Both the position numbers and the translations under genes were made by a program. From a virus: 64,000 bases of DNA. Shown here in pieces: positions 18,556 through 25,646 of this stretch. The stretch is taken from IMG/VR virus record IMGVR_UViG_3300017917_002349, positions 97,939 to 161,938 of that record; one strand, 5' to 3'. The notes beneath the pieces are model-generated. The model worked only from the letters and a program-made list of their open reading frames with translations, had not been told where the DNA came from and did no database searches. Numbering within the stretch: the stretch's first letter is position 1; each line of letters starts with the position of its first letter.

Positions 18556-19676
18556 TAATGCATCCCCTTCATAACAGTTACGCGAGCATGACCTTCCCAA
18601 TTGCTGGGGAACGCCTTGCGCAGTTGTGCTACTTTGAGCACGGTACGTAGGCTGAGTTCACGCATGCTGGCACGATTGGTCTCGATGAAATTAACCACTT
18701 CGTCCTTGGCGATGTCCTCAAGCTCGTAGTCATCTAACATACCGTCCTTGACGATCTGCTTGATGCGCAAGACCTTCTCGCGGTCAGTGTCCATGCGCAG
18801 ATCGATGTAGTGGCAACGGCTTTCAAGAGCGGCAAGGTGATCCTGCAGTTTCTTAGAACGCACATTCTCAAACTTCAAGTTAGTGATAAAGATAGCACCA
18901 CCCTTGAACTCGAAACGATCTGGAATACCCTCGCTTCGCAGGATACGGCTGTCAGTGTTCCACGAGATAGTACGCTTCTTGGAACTGTCCAGGGCCGCTT
19001 TTAAAATATTAAGCGAGATGTCGTCCAAAAGAATGCTGTCACAGTCGTCAAACACAAGAATGCTCTTAGAGTCTGAGAACTTGTAGAGCTTAGAGTACAG
19101 ACCAATGGCACTCATAGCACCCTTGACGATCTCGTACTTGGGCTTGCGTTCGCCTAGCGTGTTGAACAGATCGTCCTTAGACAGTACTTCTTCAACACCA
19201 AAGCTCTTGCCCACACCAGGAGGGCCTGTGACGATCATGGCACGTACATCGCCTGCTTTCACAGCCTTGGTCATGTCCTTGAGGATCTCAAAACGCACAC
19301 GGGTACGCTCGATGATCTGTTCATCGGTCTCGTGTGCTACAGCAGAGTCAGCGACCTTGATCTGTGTGAAGTCTGTGACCTCGGCACCCTTGGTGCTCTT
19401 GTTCTTGAGCGCAGTCAACATGCTGACAGCCTGGGGCTGGCGAGTGGCCTGTACAGTACCTTCCACGGCATAGTCTCCTTGACGGCAACGGATGCGGATT
19501 GAACGATCTGGGAACGGGATACTGCCTGCGGGACTTACGCTGGTACCATCGACAGTGACATAGCCTTCGCCCGTCTTTGAGACCTTGTAGTCTTCGACCA
19601 ACTCGAATGAATAGCCGGCAACATTAGTGGGTTGACCCTTGATGTTGTACCAGCCCTCGGTGAAAGTAATACGCAT
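18555..19676 (-). CDS. AAA-family ATPase
   Basis: GPPGVGKS, LVFDDCD, IFITN, SRC; start corrected to the ATG behind AGGAGCGAA. Confidence 0.85.
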   Translation of the reverse strand: MRITFTEGWYNIKGQPTNVAGYSFELVEDYKVSKTGEGYVTVDGTSVSPAGSIPFPDRSIRIRCRQGDYAVEGTVQATRQPQAVSMLTALKNKSTKGAEVTDFTQIKVADSAVAHETDEQIIERTRVRFEILKDMTKAVKAGDVRAMIVTGPPGVGKSFGVEEVLSKDDLFNTLGERKPKYEIVKGAMSAIGLYSKLYKFSDSKSILVFDDCDSILLDDISLNILKAALDSSKKRTISWNTDSRILRSEGIPDRFEFKGGAIFITNLKFENVRSKKLQDHLAALESRCHYIDLRMDTDREKVLRIKQIVKDGMLDDYELEDIAKDEVVNFIETNRASMRELSLRTVLKVAQLRKAFPSNWEGHARVTVMKGMH

Positions 19677-19757
19677 TTTCGCTCCTGTGTATTTGTTGAA
19701 CATTCTCGTATTATATTACAGATAGGGGCTGTTGTCAACCCCTAACAGTAATAACCC

Positions 19758-20192
19758 TTATGCGTCAAGGGCTTCTTGTATGCCAAACGCCTTCTCTAGA
19801 TCTACAAACCCGCCCTCGCAGCCGTAGTATTCTACATACCAATTGCCGTCCAAACGGTAGATATAGTTGTATTCTTCAAACTGGCTGTCACGCTGATAAG
19901 CAGCAAAGTCTGCCCAAACCCGGCACTCACAGCCTGTCTCGCCACGATCGCGTCCGTAGGCTGTGGTCCAATTGTCGGGTTTGTTGCGATCGTCAAAGTC
20001 GTGGGCCTGACCGATCTCAGGGCGCAGGCTGCTGATATCGCCCAAGAGCATGAGAGCGTAGATCTTGGCACGATCCTGGTAGTGTTCCTGCAGGATCTTA
20101 CCGTTGTTGTCCAGGTAACCGTCCCAGTGGCAGTAGATCTGCATGATCTCACCGTTGGGCTGTTCCATCGCGATAGTGCTTCGTGTTGCCAT
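19758..20192 (-). CDS. conserved phage early protein
   Basis: MATRS.I, IYCHWDGY, AYGRDRGE, EEYNY. Confidence 0.8.
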   Translation of the reverse strand: MATRSTIAMEQPNGEIMQIYCHWDGYLDNNGKILQEHYQDRAKIYALMLLGDISSLRPEIGQAHDFDDRNKPDNWTTAYGRDRGETGCECRVWADFAAYQRDSQFEEYNYIYRLDGNWYVEYYGCEGGFVDLEKAFGIQEALDA

Positions 20193-20260
20193 AGTTCGCT
20201 CCTAGTTGTTTAACTCAGTCTAGAGTATAACACGGGCCGGAGCCCGTGTCAACCACATTG

Positions 20261-20614
20261 TTAAATACCCTGGAACTCTGTAAGGGCTTTCTGTGCGTCT
20301 GCGTCCAACATACAGGCGTCCATGGCCCGTTGCTTTTCCTCTGCTACGGTCTTGCGATATGCTTCCAACTCTGCTTGTTTGGCTTCCATAGCAGGCCACA
20401 CTACATCTGAAGGGTTAAGGTAAGGACCCGTGTAGTCTACCTTGTCTTCCTTAAGGGTGATCTCACCTGAGCGGATGCCCTCAAATACCATGCCCCACGT
20501 GGGTTGCTGAGGACGGCCTGTGGGTCCGAACAGTTCTTGTGCTTTAGATTGGACCTTCTCCGCAGCGATCTCGTTGAGTCGGCGGACGAAATACTCGCGT
20601 TGTGCTTGTTCCAT
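20261..20614 (-). CDS. hypothetical early protein
   Basis: Promoter and RBS. Confidence 0.75.
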   Translation of the reverse strand: MEQAQREYFVRRLNEIAAEKVQSKAQELFGPTGRPQQPTWGMVFEGIRSGEITLKEDKVDYTGPYLNPSDVVWPAMEAKQAELEAYRKTVAEEKQRAMDACMLDADAQKALTEFQGI

Positions 20615-20686
20615 AATGCGCTCCTTAAAAGTGTGTGTGATATAGTAAGTTGCTCTGCTTCCTTACTATGTCATTATTATATGCTC

Positions 20687-21169
20687 TTACGAGCCTGTTG
20701 TCAACCGGATTTGGTGTGGCTGATCAGCCACAGTGGCAAAGTGCTCGATGAAGATGTGATGAGCATCACCCGATCGTTGGATGCAGCGATCAGCAGCACG
20801 ATAGAGATCCAGCCACGTGGGTCCCGGGATCATCTCGTAGACAGGCTGTTCGCCCCAATGATCTCTGTAGCAGACTTCCACAGCAGCAGCATAGGGATGC
20901 TGCTGGTTCAGGTCCTCTACTTCAAAGATACTCCAGATTGAGCGCAGGCCCAGTTGCTGCTTGATGTCGCTGTAGTGATCCATCTTAGTGTCAAATGCAG
21001 CTTCATCCTGCTTGTAGGCATTCTCCAAGCCCTGCTCGAACTGACGGACGATTTTCAACAGCAGATCCCCCAGGGGCTGCTCTACGACCATACGCTGTAG
21101 ATCACGCAGCTCGCAGAGGGTGTTGTGTACAGTTTTAAAGTCTTGTGAGTGAAGTGTCACGGTTTCCAT
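20687..21169 (-). CDS. hypothetical protein
   Basis: 160 aa, SGDAHHIFIE motif. Confidence 0.7.
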   Translation of the reverse strand: METVTLHSQDFKTVHNTLCELRDLQRMVVEQPLGDLLLKIVRQFEQGLENAYKQDEAAFDTKMDHYSDIKQQLGLRSIWSIFEVEDLNQQHPYAAAVEVCYRDHWGEQPVYEMIPGPTWLDLYRAADRCIQRSGDAHHIFIEHFATVADQPHQIRLTTGS

Positions 21170-21475
21170 TTACATGCTCCAATAGAGTTCAGATGAAGGA
21201 TCGCAGCTACGGGGTGTGTTGACACTCTGTGTGAACTCAGCACCCGTCATCAAGTTACGCTTTGTGACACGCTGTTCTATCACTGAGTGATACCACGCAG
21301 CTTCCGCGGCAGCCATCCAGAACAGGGGGTCGTCTTCATGAGCATTGCTGCCCGGGTAGTAGGGAAAGTGACGCACATACTTCTTGTGCGCTCTAGTGAT
21401 GGCAGCCTGTGCAGCCGGGTGGGTCTTGTAGCTCTTGACTATGGCAGAACTACGCTTGTCGTATACGTACCACAT
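21170..21475 (-). CDS. hypothetical early protein
   Basis: NLMTG...TPRSCDPSSELYWSM C-terminus; promoter and RBS. Confidence 0.75.
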   Translation of the reverse strand: MWYVYDKRSSAIVKSYKTHPAAQAAITRAHKKYVRHFPYYPGSNAHEDDPLFWMAAAEAAWYHSVIEQRVTKRNLMTGAEFTQSVNTPRSCDPSSELYWSM

Positions 21476-21529
21476 GGTCGCTCCTTGTTAACGTTACAGT
21501 GCGTATTATACACAGAAGAGTGGCGCCTG

Positions 21530-21850
21530 TCAACTACCACGCAGATCGGTGTTGTAGAATGGACGCAGTTCGCGGATTAATTCACGCTCGCGAGCATGAG
21601 CCGCTGTCTTGCCTCGCACCAATTCCAAAGGCTCGATGCGGATCAGTTCTTTAGAATCATAGCTTCTCAACAGACGGCATAGAGCCCAGGTCTTGGCTTC
21701 AGTGCGAGCGCGATACCAGTGCTTGGCTGCCCGGCTACGTAGACTCTTTAGCACTGTGGTCTCTGTTTTGGCAGTAACACCAATGTAGACTCCCTCAGGG
21801 CCTGTGATCTGATATATGATGTGATTACGATCTGATCTCTTTGCTCGCAT
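21530..21850 (-). CDS. GIY-YIG nuclease domain protein
   Basis: IIYQI...YIGVT...R...ERELI...YN. Confidence 0.75.
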   Translation of the reverse strand: MRAKRSDRNHIIYQITGPEGVYIGVTAKTETTVLKSLRSRAAKHWYRARTEAKTWALCRLLRSYDSKELIRIEPLELVRGKTAAHARERELIRELRPFYNTDLRGS

Positions 21851-21935
21851 AGTCCGCTCCTTCACTATGCATATAGTATAACATCACCGGGCCAATCTGT
21901 CAACCAAAATAACAAAGACCCTACAGGGCCTCGGG

Positions 21936-22064
21936 TTATTGTACGTGATCCTCGATTAGTTGCGCGAGCTGCTCGACAGCCGCCTGCGCGGCATCGTCGT
22001 CTAAATTTGTGTGCTGCTGTAGCGAGGCTAATGCAGCGTAGAACTGTTGCTGTAGATCTGACAT
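21936..22064 (-). CDS. 42-aa hypothetical protein
   Basis: AAGGAG RBS, promoter 22087/22110. Confidence 0.6.
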   Translation of the reverse strand: MSDLQQQFYAALASLQQHTNLDDDAAQAAVEQLAQLIEDHVQ

Positions 22065-22123
22065 AGTGCTCCTTGTGTAAGTGTTAATTATAGCACTCCC
22101 CGTCCAATCTGTCAACCAAAATG

Positions 22124-22190
22124 ATATCCACAGGATATACACATGTTGTCCACAGACTCGTCCACAACCCTGTGCATATCCTGTGGATCG
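22124..22190. repeat. phased array of six DnaA-box-like 9-mers
   Basis: ATATCCACA 22124, ATATACACA 22135, TTGTCCACA 22146, TCGTCCACA 22158, inverted TGTGCATAT 22171 and TGTGGATCG 22182. Confidence 0.7.
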
Positions 22191-22250
22191 GTCGCGAACG
22201 TTGTTCTAGAGCCACGGCAGCCCCTCTGCGCTCGATCGCTGCTGCTGTAG

Positions 22251-22335
22251 TGGTAGGACCGACCGGAATCGAACCGGTATGCATCGCTGCGAGGGATTTT
22301 AAGTCCCTTGTGTCTACCTATTTCACCACGGTCCC
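22251..22335 (-). tRNA. tRNA-Leu(TAA)
   Basis: GGGACCG acceptor, loop CTTAAAA, long variable arm, GGTTCGATTCC, encoded CCA. Confidence 0.95.
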
Positions 22336-22357
22336 CTAACGCGGGCTGCTGCTGTAG

Positions 22358-22434
22358 TGGCCACGCATAAGGGATTCGAACCCCTGACCCACAGCTTAGA
22401 AGGCTGTTGCTCTATCCTGCTGAGCTAATGCGTG
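22358..22434 (-). tRNA. tRNA-Arg(TCT)
   Basis: CACGCAT/ATGCGTG acceptor, loop CTTCTAA, GGTTCGAATCC, encoded CCA. Confidence 0.95.
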
Positions 22435-22439
22435 ATGTT

Positions 22440-22516
22440 TGGTGGGCCCCCCGGGACTTGAACCCGGACTCAACGGATTATGAGTCCGCTGCTTTAACCA
22501 ATTAAGCTAAAGGCCC
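22440..22516 (-). tRNA. tRNA with CAT anticodon, probably Ile2 (lysidine type) rather than Met
   Basis: GGGCCTT acceptor, anticodon arm GCGGA-CTCATAA-TCCGT, GGTTCAAGTCC, encoded CCA. Confidence 0.85.
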
Positions 22517-22530
22517 TGTGACTAGTGTAA

Positions 22531-22821
22531 TTAATCCTCTCTTGGGTGTGGTTGATTCACTTCTGGATCCCACTGTGTAGTGCGCTGCTGCTGCCCTAGT
22601 GTGACAAAACGATGTAGATCTTCCATGTGTTCTTGGAATATGTCAGGCACGGCAGCTGCTGCTCGCTGCATGTCATATGTGTGGGGATAGTGACGCAGCG
22701 CCCCGCGAGCACGATCACGTATGCCCGAGGGAATCCTGGGAGTCATCCGGGGATCGCAGAGCTCTTCCAGCAGCCTACGTGCCTGTTCAACAGCTCGATA
22801 ACGTTCATCTGGTAAGGTCAT
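22531..22821 (-). CDS. hypothetical protein (MTLPDERYRA type)
   Basis: TPRIP..IR..AR..LRHYP; downstream of promoter 22870/22893. Confidence 0.65.
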   Translation of the reverse strand: MTLPDERYRAVEQARRLLEELCDPRMTPRIPSGIRDRARGALRHYPHTYDMQRAAAAVPDIFQEHMEDLHRFVTLGQQQRTTQWDPEVNQPHPRED

Positions 22822-22894
22822 GTCCCAATCTCTGCTTGATGATAATCTGCGCTTCTTAAGCATCAGTATATTATATGCTCATAAAGTCAAGTTG

Positions 22895-23119
22895 TCAACG
22901 AGTTTTGGTAGATCGTGCAGCGGGGCCTCGTAGTGATCTTAGTCTAGCTAGATAGATTTCCACTGCTCGGCAACGAGCCACTGTGTGATAACGACTGGCC
23001 AGCTGCCAATAGTAGAGGGCCAGCGTGTGACTGGTAGTGGCTATGACCAAAGCGCCTTGGCTGTCATATACGGTGTATCTACACTCACAGGGCAGATATT
23101 CAACTAGTAGACGGCTCAT
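22895..23119 (-). CDS. hypothetical protein
   Basis: 74-aa ORF preceded by TAAATA. Confidence 0.4.
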   Translation of the reverse strand: MSRLLVEYLPCECRYTVYDSQGALVIATTSHTLALYYWQLASRYHTVARCRAVEIYLARLRSLRGPAARSTKTR

Positions 23120-23290
23120 GATCTAGTATTTACAGCAGCGGGGCCTAGTGCGGGCCACCCTCAGGCCAGGTCAGGGAGCCGCGAACACGGTGGGAAATGG
23201 TGCCAAACGATGCGATCTAGGGGTCTAGCGTGTGGAAACTCAGAGCGCAGAGTAGATCTAGGGTGGTGGTATGACAGGCTATGCTAAAAT

Positions 23291-23360
23291 GGTCACACTT
23301 TTCCACACTTTTCCACACTTTATCACACTTTTCGCTACTTTTCTGCACCCTTTTTCACTC
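23291..23360 (+). repeat. degenerate 10-bp tandem repeat containing two TTTTCCACA boxes
   Basis: ggtcacactt|ttccacactt|ttccacactt|tatcacactt|ttcgctactt|ttctgcaccc|tttttcactc. Confidence 0.8.
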
Positions 23361-23746
23361 TCGGCCTGCGCAGCGGCCCGTATACGCAAGGCGGCGATCA
23401 GTAAATCACACAAACACACACTCACTGACCCGCGTCCGCATCATCAGCAGCGGGGCCTTGGGCACCGATCTCTGATGCGGGGCCTAGCACTACTCCCCAA
23501 GCTATGTAACCCATCCATACCGCCAGCACTATCAGCATGGCCCATTCACGTTCAGTTAACATCTTCCCCCACCTCCATCCAAGATAACAACACTAGAAAC
23601 ACCACGGCTGTGATCACCATCATTAGGGGTGCCGCTGATCTTATGCTCAGGGTCATCATTAACCACATGTAAAGGAACACTGAGATTTTCTGCCACATAC
23701 ACTGCCTCCTAGTCTACACATACTTATCCAGTAAATACGAGATCAT

Positions 23747-23932
23747 ATGTTGTATACTCTATACCTCACAGCCCAACAGCTAGATCGGGCACAGGACCTA
23801 ATAGGGGATCAATCCCAGGTTAGATTATGGCATGTGCTCGCAGACTACTCCACGGGCTACTCCACGGAAGATCGCTTTGTTCTGCTCATAGACTGTGATC
23901 CCCGCCAGTATCTGCTGATGTTGCTGTTATGA
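23747..23932 (+). CDS. hypothetical protein
   Basis: 61-aa ORF after TAAATA. Confidence 0.5.
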   Translation: MLYTLYLTAQQLDRAQDLIGDQSQVRLWHVLADYSTGYSTEDRFVLLIDCDPRQYLLMLLL

Positions 23933-23994
23933 TCGCGGCCGCGGCGCTTCGCGCAGGAAAATTATCATTTGCTCTCTGCCTGGTAAATATGTAT

Positions 23995-24375
23995 ATGAGA
24001 AATATCTGTATCCTTGCTCTGGCTTTGGTCGTCACTGCCTGCTCTCATCTGCAGTCGTGGATACCTTCATTTTGGGACGACAATCAATCAAATTATATTG
24101 TGCAGACTCGTTTGAGCATAGAGAGTCTGGACTGTGCTCGTGAACAGCTACCACAGGTACAGAGTCTACAGCGTGATATCCGTAGGTTTGAACTATACTC
24201 AGAATCCAAGGGCAGCTTGCAAAAGGACGTACTCAGGGTCATAGAACCCATGAAGAACACAGTAGATGAGTGGGCCCGAAGGGGCGAAGGGTCTCGGACC
24301 TATTGCGAGATCAAACGGAAATTATTGGCACAGCAGGCAGAACGTGCGGCTAGGGTCATACTGGGGAGATGGTAA
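23995..24375 (+). CDS. putative lipoprotein
   Basis: MRNICILALALVVTAC lipobox; after TAAATA. Confidence 0.7.
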   Translation: MRNICILALALVVTACSHLQSWIPSFWDDNQSNYIVQTRLSIESLDCAREQLPQVQSLQRDIRRFELYSESKGSLQKDVLRVIEPMKNTVDEWARRGEGSRTYCEIKRKLLAQQAERAARVILGRW

Positions 24376-24609
24376 ATGATTGAACAACTACAGTTTCTAA
24401 CGTCATGTGGCAGGCCCTGGGCAGAGCAGCGAGCGCAGTTTGCCCTAGAGATCACTAGGGCACATCAGCAGGGTGATATATCCGAGTCGGAGTATCAGGC
24501 ACTCATGGCTGACCTGATCCGATCAGATCGATTAAATGAGGAAGCCGATGACGGGGACATCAAGAACCTATTGGTCAGCTGCATAATGATTGGAGCGAAA
24601 TTGGCATGA
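24376..24609 (+). CDS. hypothetical protein
   Basis: Coupled ORF. Confidence 0.7.
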   Translation: MIEQLQFLTSCGRPWAEQRAQFALEITRAHQQGDISESEYQALMADLIRSDRLNEEADDGDIKNLLVSCIMIGAKLA

Positions 24610-25085
24610 AAATCCGTGATGTAATACAAGAAAATATCTTTACCTGCGACTATCATAAGGTCATGCAGGCCGTGGCTGAACTCTATCAGCAACACTACGC
24701 AGTCAACGTATGGAACTCTGCAGAAGCACATGACGCTGCTGCCCGGGTACTGATGAAGCAGCATCCCACAGATGAAGAGCTGGACTTGATCATCGACACC
24801 GCAGAGCTGCCAGAACGATTCCTAGATCTAGACTTTCCCGTCATGGATGAGCTGATGTTTGGCTCTGGCGGAGACATCACAGAAGAGCCTGCTTCTAGAG
24901 ACCTCTGCACATCGGGCAAGCCCGATAGGGCTCTGGGTGCCAGCCAACTGGCCAGCTGTAAGTCGCAGGGCTATCGCAGCAGAGAAGGTGGCAAGAGCCA
25001 CAAGATAGGCTCAGAACGTGTCAAGGTCCGTGGCAAACGCATCAAGGGCAAGAAGTACGGCGGCCCCCTACCAGATTGGAGTTAA
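24606..25085 (+). CDS. hypothetical late protein
   Basis: MKIRDVIQE leader, basic C-terminal module. Confidence 0.7.
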   Translation: MKIRDVIQENIFTCDYHKVMQAVAELYQQHYAVNVWNSAEAHDAAARVLMKQHPTDEELDLIIDTAELPERFLDLDFPVMDELMFGSGGDITEEPASRDLCTSGKPDRALGASQLASCKSQGYRSREGGKSHKIGSERVKVRGKRIKGKKYGGPLPDWS

Positions 25086-25645
25086 TGTTGACAGACCTTG
25101 CTGCCGGAGATCTGCTCATAGCACCCCCTGCCATGCAGGACACACGTTTCCATCACTCGGTGTTGTTGATCACACAGCACTCGCAGCGAGCCAGTTTCGC
25201 TCTGTGTGTAAATCGACCCACTGAGCACAGGCTCAATGACATACTAGAACCCCTGACCATACGATTTCCCCAAAACCCACAGATGTATTGGGGCGGTCCT
25301 GTGAGCCCTTCCACGGTATGGATGCTGCACGACTCAGCTTGGTCAAGCCAGGGCACGGCTCCCGTCACTGATCAGTGGAGCATCACCAGCCATCACCAGA
25401 TGTTTGATCACATACAGGCGCAGGGTTGGCCCCAGCAGTATAGACTGATGTTTGGACACTCGGGCTGGGGGCCTGGGCAGCTCACAGCAGAACTCACAGG
25501 CCAAGACCCCTGGAGCCATCGCAGCAGCTGGCTGGTACTACACGGGCCTGACCCAGACTGGCTCTTGAACCCCCAGGTAGAAGAACTATGGCGCCAGGCC
25601 ACAGCATTCTGTGGACAGCAGACCGTGGACACTTGGATGGCCTAA
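25085..25645 (+). CDS. YqgE/AlgH (DUF179) family protein
   Basis: LLIAPPAM.D.RF..SV, WGGPV, GHSGWGPGQL..E, SW. Confidence 0.85.
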   Translation: MLTDLAAGDLLIAPPAMQDTRFHHSVLLITQHSQRASFALCVNRPTEHRLNDILEPLTIRFPQNPQMYWGGPVSPSTVWMLHDSAWSSQGTAPVTDQWSITSHHQMFDHIQAQGWPQQYRLMFGHSGWGPGQLTAELTGQDPWSHRSSWLVLHGPDPDWLLNPQVEELWRQATAFCGQQTVDTWMA

Positions 25646-25646
25646 C

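Larger units (their letters stand above)
7510..22898 (-). promoter_or_regulatory. array of about 23 sigma70-consensus early promoters, all leftward
   Basis: Plus-strand start of -10/-35 boxes, all with 17-bp spacers: 7510/7533, 7967/7990, 8294/8317, 9006/9029, 9405/9428, 10174/10197, 10651/10674, 11510/11533, 12439/12462, 13089/13112, 13474/13497, 14301/14324, 15623/15646, 16917/16940, 17608/17631, 18086/18109 (weak), 19710/19733, 20224/20247, 20676/20699, 21505/21528, 21875/21898, 22087/22110, 22870/22893. Confidence 0.9.

Noticed and set aside
14837-18650. Long plus-strand ORFs (14837-15553, 16285-16881, 18000-18650) and similar antisense ORFs elsewhere
   Set aside because: They shadow well-supported minus-strand genes and lack RBS, promoter or motifs
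7510-22898. Recurring TGTCAACC-containing repeats as a CRISPR array or attC integron
   Set aside because: Spacing is gene-sized and irregular, the repeats are sigma70 promoters, and no cas or integrase gene is in the window
23271-23672. 133-aa and 64-aa ORFs across the repeat zone
   Set aside because: Translation mirrors the 10-bp repeats and no RBS is evident; treated as non-coding
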